64,000 nucleotides of DNA from an uncultured Chloroflexia bacterium (GTDB taxonomy: Bacteria; Chloroflexota; Anaerolineae; JAAYZQ01): NCBI GenBank assembly GCA_963783445.1, contig CAWANP010000012.1, positions 466,249 to 530,248 of the forward strand, given 5' to 3'. The position numbers and the translations under genes were made by a program. This document shows positions 42,913 to 54,163 of the stretch, piece by piece. The stretch's first letter is position 1. Every line of letters begins with the position of its first letter. Under the pieces are notes generated by a model. That model was not told where the DNA came from. It made no database searches and worked only from the letters and a program-made list of their open reading frames with translations.

Positions 42913-44895
42913 ATGCCAAGCACATCAGATGTCGGCCGGACTTATCGCCGCATCGTCAATGCCTGGTGCATGTACGATTGGGCCAACTCTGCCTTTGCTA
43001 CGACGATCATGGCCGCTGTGTTGCCCATCTTCTACAGCCAGGTAGCTGGCGCCACGCTTCCCAGCGAGGCCGTGGCCACGGCCTACTGGAGCGTGGGGCT
43101 GAGCCTATCACTCCTCGTCGTCGCCGTTCTGTCCCCCTTGTTGGGTACCATCTCTGACGTGATGCGCGGCAAGAAACGCTTTCTGGCCATCTTTGCCGGA
43201 TTGGGCATTGTGGGCACTGGTCTGTTGGTCCTGGTCAGTACCGGCGACTGGCTGCTGGCTTCGATCCTCTTTGTCCTGGGCCGCATCGGCTTCACCGGCG
43301 CCAATGTATTCTACGATTCGCTGCTGCCTCACGTGGCCAAGGAGGACGATCGGGACCGGGTCTCTACCCGCGGCTTTGCCCTGGGGTATCTGGGCGGCGG
43401 TCTGCTCCTGGCCATCAACGTGGTGATGATCCAGTTGCTGCCTGGTACGTGGGGGCCTCGCCTCTCATTCCTGAGTGTCGCCATCTGGTGGGCCGTCTTT
43501 TCCATCCCCATCCTGACCCGCGTGCCAGAACCACCCTCCGCCACAGCCAAGCTCGGCCCAGGCGAAAGCGTGGTCGCGGTCAGTCTCAAGCGCCTGTGGG
43601 GTACCCTCAAAGACATCCGGCACTACCGGCAGTTGTTCAAATACCTGATAGCTTTCCTGATCTATAACGATGGCATCGGTACCATCATCGGCGTAGCGGC
43701 CATCTATGGGGCGGAACTTGGCTTTGGCAGTGTGGAACTGATTCTGGCCCTGTTGCTGGTGCAGTTTGTAGGCATCCCCTTCAGCCTGATCTTTGGGCGG
43801 CTTCCCAGCGACGCAGACAAGCGACGGCCGTTATACCTGGCCTTTATCGTTTTCAATTTTGTCGCCCTGCCACTGGTTGGCCTGGTTGGCGCCCGGACTC
43901 TGCCGGGAGAGATTTCAGGCGCGCCGCTGCCACCATACGCGGATACGGCCACGGCTGTTGGTGAAGGTACCTATCTGGCCGGTGATAACGCGTCTGAGCT
44001 TCGAAGGTTCTTGGCGGATGGCGACCATCCCGGCCGATGAGCTGGGTTCCGAAGAGGATGCGACCCATGCCGTGAGTGACGAGGCGGGCGCCCGCTATGA
44101 ACTGGCTTTCAACGGACAGGAAGTCGAGATTACCTACAGCACTGGGCCTGAAGGCGCCATCTGGGCTGTGCAAGTGGACGGCCAGCCGGTCCTGGACGTG
44201 GACACGGGCGACCCGCTGACCCTGGATGGCTACAATCCGACCGTGCGCCACGGGGTACGCCACACTGTCAAGGCCGTGGATCCGGGGAGCACGTTCTGGG
44301 TGTGGTCAACACCGGCGAACACAATCCCGACAGCCAGGGAACCGCCATGGCCGTAGCTCAACTGGAGGTCCAGGCCCCGATTCGCCAGAGCAGCCTTCCG
44401 ATGATCATCGGCCTGATTGCGATTGTGGAGGTGGTCGGTATTCTCTTTGCTCTGCTGCTGGGCCGCCCCCTCTTTTCGCGGCTGGCCAAGACCTTGGACA
44501 CACGCCGCAGCATCATTCTGGCCCTGGTGTTCTATGCCGTGATCGCCATGTGGGGCTTTGTCCTCGACTCGGTGGTCGAGTTCTGGTTCCTGGCCTGGAT
44601 GGTAGCCGTTGTGCAAGGCGGCAGCCAGGCGCTCAGTCGCAGCCTGTATGCCAGCATGTCTCCGGCGGCAAAGAGTGGAGAATTCTTTGGCCTCTATGGT
44701 GTGATGGAGAAATTCTCGGCCATCATTGGCCCCCTCCTCTTTGCTGCCGCTGCTACGGTCTTTCACAGCAGCCGGCCTGCCGTCCTGAGCTTGATCGTAC
44801 TGTTCCTCGTTGGCATCTTTTTGCTAACACGGGTGAACGTTGAGGAGGGACGCCGCGTAGCCAAGGAGGAGGATGCAAGATCTGGCTTGGCTTAG
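42913..44895 (+). CDS. MFS transporter (UMF1/Atg22-like) with ~180-aa soluble insert between TM9 and TM10; two frameshifts (~44035, ~44300)
   Basis: GGAAAGGAG RBS + ATG 42913; 9 TMs then insert (…YELAFNGQEVEITYSTGPEGAIWAVQVDGQPVLDVDTGDPLTLDGYNPTV…) then 5 more TMs across ORFs 42874-44040, 43793-44356, 44302-44895. Confidence 0.7.
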
Positions 44896-45019
44896 GCTCA
44901 CCCGGCTCCCAGAAGTGTAATTTGTGGTGTAATGTCAGTATGGTATCGTGTTGATGGACATGGCTCACGACTCTGCTCAACGCCGGGATAGTCGAGCAGA
45001 ACCTGACTTCCGCCTACAG

Positions 45020-45100
45020 GCACATCACACTTCATCATAGCACATTGTGACAGCATCGTAGCTCACCGTAGCATATCGCTGCACATCGCTCTACATCATT
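45020..45100. repeat. array of ~8 degenerate 10-bp direct repeats (core CATCG)
   Basis: agcatcgtag|ctcaccgtag|catatcgctg|cacatcgctc|tacatcattc with 10-bp phasing. Confidence 0.45.
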
Positions 45101-45151
45101 CCCCGTCGTGAGCCATGCCCATAATGGGCCATAGAGCCCGGCTCCCTTTGC

Positions 45152-45188
45152 AGGCCACCCAACCACTGGGCCAGTGGCCGGGTGGCCT
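45152..45188. promoter_or_regulatory. 37-nt near-perfect palindrome (possible operator or structured RNA)
   Basis: aggccacccaaccactgggccagtggccgggtggcct; only a 2-nt central asymmetry. Confidence 0.4.
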
Positions 45189-45268
45189 GAATCTGTGACC
45201 CTCGCTTGATCCAGTTTTTCCCTGCCCGGCCAAGCCTGAACAGGCGCCGGACGTCACAACGAGACGAT

Positions 45269-45296
45269 TTGTCATTCCCCCGAACTATGGTATAAT
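45269..45296 (+). promoter_or_regulatory. promoter TTGTCA-16-TGGTATAAT
   Basis: ttgtca 45269-74, extended -10 tggtataat 45288-96; leader contains terminator-like hairpin CCUCUCC-CAUG-GGAGGGG+UUUUU and a 12-bp GC hairpin. Confidence 0.55.
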
Positions 45297-45426
45297 GCCT
45301 CTCCCATGGAGGGGTTTTTGCTCGCCGCATCCGGTGAAGCGTATGGCCTAGTTGCTGCGCTGAGGGCGCAAGGCGCCTCAGCGCATAACTGTGTCAGCCC
45401 GCTGGATGAACAGACTGGGAGGATCG

Positions 45427-45930
45427 ATGAACGGAATGAACAATCGAGTATTTATCCTGATCGTGGTGGCGCTCCTGGCCGCGGCGCTGTTGCTCTGTGG
45501 CGTAGTGGGCATCGTGGCCATTGGCAGGAGCACGCTCGTTGCCCGCCAGCCTGAACTCACCGCCACGCCGACCAAAACACCCAAACCGACTTTCACGGTG
45601 ACGCTCACGCCGACCCAGACGCCGATTCCCACCCAAACTCCGCTGCCGACCAATACGCCGCTGCCGACCAATACGCCTACCGCCACACCCGTGCCGCCAA
45701 CACTCACCTTTACACCAGTGCCACCCACCATCACCCCGGTGCCGCCTACCATGACCCCGATGCCGCCTACCAGTACGCCGAAGCCCACAGCCAAACCGAG
45801 ACCGAGGCCGACCAACCAGCCCCACAGCCAAGCCGCCAGCCTCCGACGCAGCCGCCAGCGCCCCAGTATTCCTGGCGTGGGGACGTTAATGCTACATCTC
45901 GTCAAATTGTGGCGGACACCCAAGTACTAG
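45427..45930 (+). CDS. membrane-anchored Pro/Thr-rich protein; C-terminal part likely continues to ~46135 in other frames
   Basis: GGGAGGA RBS + ATG 45427; TM FILIVVALLAAALLLCGVVGIVAIG; PT-repeat linker like gene 35002-35790. Confidence 0.55.
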   Translation: MNGMNNRVFILIVVALLAAALLLCGVVGIVAIGRSTLVARQPELTATPTKTPKPTFTVTLTPTQTPIPTQTPLPTNTPLPTNTPTATPVPPTLTFTPVPPTITPVPPTMTPMPPTSTPKPTAKPRPRPTNQPHSQAASLRRSRQRPSIPGVGTLMLHLVKLWRTPKY

Positions 45931-46252
45931 GTCTATACTCTAGATAGCAACGGTGGCTTGGCAGGCGATATCTGGATTCATTATTGGGCGGATGGTTGGA
46001 ATGGGGACTGGGCCCTGTCGATCGTGGGTGGACGATAAAGGCGGTTCTGGTGATGGAGACGACAAGAACTGGGACGGGATTCTCGCGCAGCTAACTATGC
46101 CGAGCCGGAATCTGGTACGTGTGTGTGGCGCCTGAAGAAGGTAGCTGGGATTGTATTTCGAACAAGATGACGTCCAGACGGTGGCTGAACCTTGTGCCCC
46201 TGATACTGGGATCCAAGTTGTCCGCATCATGTTCCGGAAGAATTGAGACTCA

Positions 46253-46300
46253 TGCCGGGTATTGAAGGCCGGACAAAACTGCCCGGCCTTTTATGTTTCT
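46253..46300 (+). terminator. rho-independent terminator
   Basis: gccggg…cccggc / ggccgg…ccggcc stem followed by cttttatgtttct. Confidence 0.5.
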
Positions 46301-46355
46301 CTGAGAATCCTGAATTTCTACAACTCTGGTCTGAGGCACGGGCGAGCGTTTCCGA

Positions 46356-49300
46356 TTGTGGGACGGTGGGGCAGGAAGCCGGCAGTACCTCCCTGTTCCC
46401 GCAATGAGCTGTGGAGGGAACTCTGAAGCCGGAAGGCTGTCGTTCCTGTTGGTTTTCCTGGCGCTGATGGTTGTGCTGGAGTGCCGGCCACAGCCCAGGA
46501 AGTACCGGCCTGGACCATCTATCTCTTCACGATGGACAGGTCGTGCCCGTGGCAAGGGAAGGTGCGGTCAGCGGGGATGTTCAGGCCGATGCCGATCTGC
46601 TTCTTTTGGCTCTGTTGGCCGGTCCCCTTCCTGATGAGCAATCTGGCGGCCTTGATTCACCATGGCCACCGGGATCCCAATTAGCTGCGGTCAATCTAGC
46701 TGGTGATGAGGTGACCGTTGACCTGTATTTGCCCCCGGGTTTCCTGCGCGGTAAACTCGATCCCGATCCCTGAGCGATGCCATCGTCGAGCTCATTGCTA
46801 AGACGCTCCATCCTCTTGGCCTCGACCGAATCCACGTTCGCGCGCAAAATGAAGCCGGAGCCTTTGCCCCTCTATCTCGTTTTCTTCAGCTCCGCCAGTC
46901 ATTCGTCCCGGCATGCCAGCCAACGCAGATGCGGCTCCGGAGTCGCATGGGGCCCCTGCCTGAACGACCCGGTACGACCCCGGACTATCCGGGCCAGCCT
47001 CCGGTCTCAGGGCAGGGGCAGCCTCGGGGCGCGCTGACCGGCAAGGCGGTCTGGCTCAGCGCCGGTCACGGCTGGTACTGGAGCAGTACCCTGAATCGCT
47101 GGACTACACAGCGGGGCAACAATCACGGGCTCGTCGAGGATTTTTCTAACGCTGAAGCCGTGAACTATTACCTGGCTCGCTATCTCTGGAACGCTGGCGC
47201 TGACGTCTGGCTCGTGCGTGGGCGGGCCATGACCGAGCACGAGATCATTGTGGACAATGATGACGGCGCCCCCTCCTATGCGGAGACAGGTGACTGGCAG
47301 ACCAGTCCCACACCTGGCTACCAGGAAAGTACCTACCGCTGGGCCAGCACTGTTGATACGCCCTCAGCCACGGCAACCTGGACCCCGGATCTCCCCGCCG
47401 CAGGCTGGTACGCTGTCTGGGCTTGGTACCGCCATGGCGCCAACCGTCCGGTGGAGGCCCGCTATGAGATCCATCATGCCGGTGGTACGACGGCGGTCAG
47501 CATTCCCCAAGAAATCCACGGCTTGACCTGGCGTTACCTGGGTGAATACTACTTTCCATCCGGCCGGTCCGGGCATGTCACCCTTCTCAACAGCTCCAGC
47601 GATGCCGGACAGGCCGTGGTTGCTGATGCTATACGTTTTGGCGGAGGCGTGGGCAGTGTGGCGGAGCCGGGTGGAGCCAGTGGCAAACCGCGATTGGGAG
47701 GAAGCGGCCAAGTACTGGGCCCGGTACCAGGGCGCGCCGGCCGAGATCACGGAAGACGATCGTACCTCGCGCCCCCTCTATGCCGAATGGGAAATGGCCA
47801 AGGGTTATCCTGGCGATGCACAGAACAGCGTCTACATCTCCTGGCATACCAATGCCGGCGGTGGTACCGGTACTGAGAGCTATATTCACAACACCGAGCC
47901 AACCGCCGGCAGTGCGGCCCTTCAGGATGGGGTCCACGCTGAGCTGATCCATGACCTCAGGGCTGCCTGGAACCCGAAATGGGTGGATCGCGGCCAGAAG
48001 CGGGCAGACTTCAGTGAGGTACGAGAACTTTCTACCATTCCTGGCCTGTTGCTGGAAGTAGCCTTTCACGATACGACCGACCCCGGCGATGCCGACGATC
48101 TTGCGGAGCCGATCTTTCGCCAGATTGCGGCCCGCGCCGTGTACCAGGGCATTGTCAAGTACTACGCCAGCCGTGAAAGCGGGCCAGTTCGCCTGATGCC
48201 AGAGCCTCCTGCTGGCCTATCCGCCCGGAGTACGGAATCTGGACAGGTGGCCCTGGCCTGGTCTGCGCCGCCCTGCTGCGACGGCGTGGGCGGGGATGCT
48301 GCCACATCCTTCAAGGTCTATCAGAGCACCGATGGCCGGGCCTTTGACAACGGTACCCACGCGGCCAACCCCTCTCTCATCGTGAGCAACGTGCCGCCTG
48401 GTACCCTCCGCTTCTTCCGCGTCACCGCCATCAACGGGGGCGGCGAATCGTTTCCCACGCCGGTCGTCGCCGTGCGTACTCCTGAGACCGGAAAAGGCAC
48501 CTCTTTTCTCATCGTAGACGGCTTTCAACGACTTGATCAGGCCGCCCTGGTCCCGCAATATGAAGCCTCGAACCTGGGTACGGATCGCCGCATGTTCCTG
48601 GAGCGCATGAACCGCTATGACTATGTGGTCGAGCACGGGAAGGCTCTGGCTGCTTGCGGTCTGGCTTTCGATGGCGCGGCCAGCAAGGCGGTTGAGCGTG
48701 GCGATGTTGCCCTGAGCGATTACCCTGCCCTGGACTGGTTCGTCGGGGAGGATTCTGTTGCCGACGCTGTACTTGGTGACAGCGAGCAGAGCCTGTTGGC
48801 CACCTATCTCCACGACGGTGGCAAGCTTCTCATTTCTGGCAGCAATATAGGCTACGACCTGGTGGATCAGGGGCGAGCCCCGGCTTTCTACCGCGATTTC
48901 CTCCGGACGGCGTACCTGGGCGATGACGCTGATACCCATGACTTTGCAGGTGTACCAGGCGGTCCCTTTGAGGGACTGGCCGGCAGCTTTGACGATGGTT
49001 CAGGCGGTACCTACGAGGTAGAGTCCGCCGACCGGCTTGCTCCCACCTCTGGCTCGGCCCAGGTATTGACCTACACCGGTGGTGCCGGCGGTGGCGCCGC
49101 CGTAGCATACCAGGGAGAATACGGCGTCCTTCACTTTGGCTTTCCGCTGGAGACCATTGTCGATCCCCAGGTGCGTACCGCCCTCTTTTGTGCTGCAGCA
49201 GAGGAGCTGTTGGGCGCCGCAATGCCACCGGGGGGAATCTGCTCGCCACGACTCATCAACCCTGGCTTTGAGGGCGGCAGGAACCAGGTATCCTGGACGC

Positions 49301-51165
49301 TTGACTCTACCGGTGGAGGTCCAATTCTTGCCCATCGTGATGATTTGCCGCCAACCGTGGAGCCCCGCAATGGTGATTGGCTGGCCTGGCTGGGCGGGCG
49401 CACGCCCGGGACCCGGGTCACTACAACCCTCACTCAGGTCGTGGCGCTTCCGCCCAGCGAGCCGTCTGCCTCCTTGAGTTTGGCTTGGTTTATCCAACCC
49501 GGTGCGGCTGGACCTGCCATTGACGATACGCTGTCCATTGGTCTTACTGACCTCAACGGCAACCATCTGGCCGAGCTGTTGACCGTCACCGGCCAATCTC
49601 AGCCTGGTACCTGGCAGGTCTCCGAGTTCAATCTGGATGCCTTTGCCGGTCAGCCGGTGAAGCTGGTAATCCGCGCTAATAGCAGCCATACAGCCTTCTT
49701 TGTAGACGATACAAACCTCACCACCTGTGGGCCGCAGGGGCCGGACGAGTACCGTGCCCTGTGGGTGGATGCCTACCACGACGGGGCCAAGACTTTTCAA
49801 CAGATAGACGAGCTGATAGAGACTGCTCAAGCTGGTAATTTTAATGCCCTGTTTGTCCAGGTTCGGCGGCGTGGGGATACCTACTACCCTTCGGGTATCG
49901 ATCCCTGGGCCTCCGATGCACGACCTGCTTTTGACGCCCTGGAATATCTCATCCAGCGCGCCCACGCAGCAGGTATTGAGGTTCACGCCTGGGTGACCGC
50001 TCTGGCCATTTGGGGCGGGGATATTCCGCCTACTGCGCCCGAACATGTCTTCAACCGGCACGGGCCAGGCGCCGAGGGTCGCGACAATTGGCTGATGACC
50101 AGTCACGGTGGCGAGGACCGACCGAGCGATGGGGTCTTTTACCTGGACCCCGGACACCCTGATGCCGTGGACTATACAGTGGCAATCTGTGCCGAACTGG
50201 CAAGTCGCTACGACCTCGACGGTCTGCATCTGGATCGCATTCGCTATCCTTGGCAGAACTGGGGCTACAATCCTACCGCTCTGGCCCGCTTCCAGGCCCA
50301 GGCAGGGCGCGACGACCGGCCCCGGGCGGATGATGCCGATTGGCTGCAATGGCGACGGGATCAGGTCACGGCCCTGGTTCGCAAGGTCTACCTGACCACG
50401 ACGGCTGTCAATCCACGGCTGCGGGTTAGCGCGGCCCTCTCGGCCGCCGGTGGCTCGCCGGGTGAGACTACCCCCTGGTCCACCCGTACCCCGTATACCC
50501 ACCACCTGCAGGACTGGCCGGCCTGGTTGCAGGAGGGCATCATCGATCTGGGCATGCCCATGATCTATCGTGACCAAGAATCCGCTGCCAGCGACTTTGA
50601 TGGATGGATTGACTGGGCAAAGGACCATCAATATGGTCGAGCGCTGGTGCTGGGCTCGGGGCTCTATCTCAATGCCATTGAAGACAGCATGGCCCAATGG
50701 CGTGAGGTTCGCCAGCCCTCCAGGGCCGGAAACCAGGCTCTCGGGATGGCCGGCTACAGCTATGCCACTCCCAGTGACGCTCAAACGTCACGCCGGGCCT
50801 TTGTCAATCTGGCAGTGACTCGAGTATTCACCCAACCTGCCTCTGTACCAGATATCCCATGGAAAGACAACCCCTCGACGGGCCATCTCATGGGCATTCT
50901 TGGGCCCGCCCTGTCCTGCCGGCCTGCCCTGGACGGCCAGATTCTGACGCTCGCGGGACCGCAGGCCCGCACATTGCTGGCCGATGGAAGCGGCTGGTTC
51001 GGTGCTGTCGATCTCCCGCCTGGCCAATACCTGCTCACGACGGAGATTGTGACACCCAGCTGGGTGATAAATGTCCCGGTGACTGTGGCCCCGGGGCCGT
51101 CACGGAAAAACAGATCGTCCTGCCCGACTGCCAGCAGTCCCTGCAAAAGCTCTACCTGCCGTTGA
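46356..51165 (+). CDS. ~1,600-aa secreted multidomain cell-wall hydrolase: TM/signal – GerMN-like – MurNAc-L-Ala amidase (Amidase_3) split by golvesin-like insert – FN3 – GHL10-type TIM barrel; 3-4 frameshifts
   Basis: Pieces in ORFs 46356-46634, 46471-46773, 46777-47037(alt frame), 46929-47876, 47542-51165: SAGHGWYW…NHGLVEDFSNAEAVNYYLARYLWNAGADVWLVR, YRWASTVDTPSATATWTPDLPAAGWYAVWAWYRHGANRPVEARYEIHHAGGTTAV, ISWHTNAGGG…LLEVAFHDT, FN3-like segment, YRALWVDAYHD…FNALFVQVRRRGDTYYPS GHL10 region. Confidence 0.7.
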
Positions 51166-51264
51166 TCCAGAAGCAGTAGGCCGTCGCCTGGCCTGCGGGC
51201 AAAATAACTTGTGACAACGATATTGGTGACCGCATGGTTTTTGATGTTTCGAACCTTGACTTTT

Positions 51265-51293
51265 TGACCCTCCAGCCGGTTTTGGGTATAATG
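51265..51293 (+). promoter_or_regulatory. sigma70 promoter TTGACC-17-TATAAT
   Basis: ttgaccctccagccggttttgggtataat ~55 nt upstream of ATG 51348. Confidence 0.55.
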
Positions 51294-51347
51294 ACAGCAT
51301 AGGTGCAAGCATGTACTGTCGCTTTGCGCGAGCAAGGGAGACGCCAT

Positions 51348-53612
51348 ATGGAACATGATCTGCGCTTGACGGTCTTTTGGATCGTCCATCTGTTTCTGCT
51401 CGGCCTTTTTGCCATCGAACTGGCCTTTGTCCTGTCCGTGTGGCTCAAGGCCAGGGTGCCGGGGCTTCCAGCCGATGCTTCCCGGTGGCGGAAACTGGGC
51501 GCAGCATTGGGCTTTGGCTTCAGGTTGGTGTTCAGCCGCAAGATCTGGGCACTGCTAAAGGCCTTGGTTGTGGATGGCATGGTGCACCGCCGGCTCTATC
51601 AGCTAGACCTGCGGCGATGGGCTGTCCACATTGCGGTTTTTGGCTCCTTTCTGGTGTTGGGTATTCTCTCGACCATCACCGGCGTTGTCGTCGAAATCCT
51701 ACCCTTGCTGGGCATGACCCCCACGGAGGCCGCTTCCGTGCCCATCATCGGTCCTCTGTACCACGCCGACGTGTGGTGGGTTGCTCTGCTGAATGAAGTC
51801 CTGGGACTCGTCGTGCTGGGCGGAATGATCCTGGTGATCTATCGCCGCTATGTCCAGAAGGATCCTCAGCTACGTACCATCCCCGCCGATAGCATCATCA
51901 TCACGCTCCTGGCCCTTGTCGCCTTTAGCGGTTTTCCGTCGGAGACCTTTCGACTGTTGGCCGACTATACGACACCCGCAGGAATCTTTTCTCCCAGTCC
52001 AACCATGCTGCCCCCGGCCAAATATCCGCCTGTTCTCTACGATCTCTGGGGGCCCCAGTGGGGGTTTGCCGGCTATGTCTCAGCCCTTGGCCTCGGAGCA
52101 CTGCGGTTTAGCCCTGAGGTTCTGGGACTTGTTCCGCAACCTTTCGTTCTGGCTGCATTTCGTCATCGTTGCCGCCCTGCTGTTCCTCCTGCCATTCAGC
52201 CGCTTCTTCCACGTGATCATGAGCCCCGTCATCGTCGCCTACAATACGATGGCTGGAGCAGGAGGCGCACGACGAGCACCTGCGTCACCGCCGGAAGATG
52301 CCGCACATCGCCTCTGGGCCCCAGGCGCCAGCAGGCGTAGGGAGGAGCATCAATGTCCAAGAGAGCAATCGGAAAGTAGATCTGGCCAATTTCACACTCC
52401 ATCAGATGATGGAGATGGAAGCCTGTACCCGCTGTGGCGAGTGTATCGAGAGCTGCCCCACCTATGCCGAGGCGCTGAGCGAAGAGATCCACCCCCTGCA
52501 AAAAATCACCCGGACCAAGAGCTTCTGGAAGGCCGACCATCTGGGCTTCCTGGCGCGGCTGTTCGGCATCCGTCCGTCCACGGAGGAGGAAAGGGCAGCC
52601 TACGGCCGCGGGGTCTACCAGTGTACGCTCTGCGCCCGTTGCCACGTCGTCTGTCCGGTGCAGATCGATACCCGCCCGCTCTGGATCTCGATGAGGGAGC
52701 AGTTGGTAGAATGGGGCCTCTACCCGGAGGTCTTTGATACACTGAGGGATCGCGTTACCAGCCAGTACAACATCTCTGGGGAGGACAATGCCAATCGCCT
52801 GGTCTGGACCGAGAACATGGACCAGGTCCCCGAGGGCTTGGAAGGCAAAACAGGCGTGGACACAGTCTATTTCGTAGGCTGCGTCGGCTCCCTGTATCCC
52901 CGCGTGTATAGCGTGCCCCAGAGCTTTGTCCAGATTCTGGAACGCGCCGGCGAGAGCTTTACCACGCTAGGCGGTGAGGAATGGTGTTGCGGCTTCCCAC
53001 TGCAGATCGCCGGGATGGGCAAGTCTGCCCTCGAGTCTGGCCCGCCATAACGTCGAGGCGGTACGAGCCATCGGCGCCCGGCGGCTGGTTACCACCTGTC
53101 CTTCCTGTTACCATACCTGGGCGCACGAGTATCCCCGCATTCTGGGAGAGCCACTGGGAGTCCAAGTGCTCCACGCCACTGAACTGCTCGTCGAGCTGAT
53201 TGCCGAAAAGAGGATCGAACTGCGCAGTTTCCCGCAACCGGTCACCTACCACGACCCCTGTGACCTGGGCCGGACCAGCGGCATCTATGATGAACCGCGC
53301 AAGATCATCCAGGCCATCCCCGGCATCCAGTTCACCGAAATGGCTGACAATCGGGAGATGGCCCTGTGCTGCGGCGGCGGGGGCGACGCCGAAATGGCCG
53401 ATGCCCAGTTGACGGCCGCCGTCGCCAAGCGCCGCATCGAGCAGGCCCAGGAGACAGGCGCCAAGGTGGTGATCTCTGCCTGCCAGCAGTGCAACCGCAC
53501 CCTGGCAGAGGCCGCCCGCAAGAACCGAATCCGCATCCGAGCCATGGATATTACCGAGGTGGTTTGGCAGCGCGATGGAAGCATGAATACCCAACGGGAT
53601 AGATGGAGGTAA
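51348..53612 (+). CDS. fused membrane cytochrome-b (NarI/HdrE-like) – HdrD/GlpC-like Fe-S protein with two CCG domains; two frameshifts (~52150, ~53040)
   Basis: N-terminal 5-TM NarI-like domain with conserved His in TM2/TM5 region; then CTRCGECIESCP and CTLCARCHVVCP 4Fe-4S motifs; CCG motifs EEWCCGFPL and MALCCGGGGD; pieces in ORFs 51303-52340, 51850-52737, 52298-53050, 52974-53612. Confidence 0.75.
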
Positions 53613-53618
53613 GGAACC

Positions 53619-54035
53619 ATGAAGATCGATCAATACGAGTTCCCCGACGATCTGCTTTTCGACCTGGAGCACAATTGGGTTCGTATCGAGGGAGGTACAG
53701 CGACGCTTGGCTTGAGCGATTTTGGCCAGGATCTGGCCGGTGAGATCGTCTATGCCGAGATGCCCCGCGTGGGCCGGGAGATCACGCAAGGCCAGGCATT
53801 CATGTCCCTGGAATCGGGCAAGTGGGTTGGTCGTGTCAAGGCCATCGTCAGTGGCAAGATCCCCGAGGCCAACGAAGAGATCGAGTGGGAAAGTACCGTC
53901 ATCAACGAGGATCCCTACGGGGAAGGCTGGTTTGCCAAGGTAGAGCTGTCTAGCCAGCCGGAGGGTCTCATGAAGCCATCTGACCCTGAATTCGCCGAGT
54001 TGATCGCTGCCGAACGGGAAAAGTACGGCAAGTAG
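53619..54035 (+). CDS. glycine-cleavage H-protein-like lipoyl carrier protein
   Basis: GcvH fold signature: …FDLEHNWVRIEGGTATLGLSDFGQDLAGEIVY… and lipoyl-Lys region SLESGKWVGRVKAIVSGKI; 7 nt after Hdr-like gene. Confidence 0.7.
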   Translation: MKIDQYEFPDDLLFDLEHNWVRIEGGTATLGLSDFGQDLAGEIVYAEMPRVGREITQGQAFMSLESGKWVGRVKAIVSGKIPEANEEIEWESTVINEDPYGEGWFAKVELSSQPEGLMKPSDPEFAELIAAEREKYGK

Positions 54036-54133
54036 TTTTCACCAGCTAGACCGGGACTGCTTCTACTGTACCCAATGGGACTCCCCGCGCCAAGGCGTCA
54101 CTTCGTTGGGGCCAGGCGCGTGCTGCGTTGGTT

Positions 54134-54163
54134 TTGGGGCAGACTGGCGTGTTGTGGTATAAT
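54134..54163 (+). promoter_or_regulatory. promoter with extended -10 TGGTATAAT; ~300-nt structured leader follows
   Basis: tggtataat 54155-63; leader has GGGCGGCC…GGCCGCCC hairpin. Confidence 0.4.

Noticed and set aside
45020-45100. Possible CRISPR or iteron array
   Set aside because: Units are only ~10 bp, degenerate and contiguous with no spacers. No cas genes are present and no replication genes are nearby.
45378-45923. 181-aa minus-strand ORF (Gly/Val-rich)
   Set aside because: Antisense to the PT-rich linker of the plus-strand gene 45427-45930, which has an RBS and a TM anchor.
49000-50784. 594-aa minus-strand ORF
   Set aside because: Antisense to the GHL10 domain of the large hydrolase gene, which has clear homology on the plus strand.
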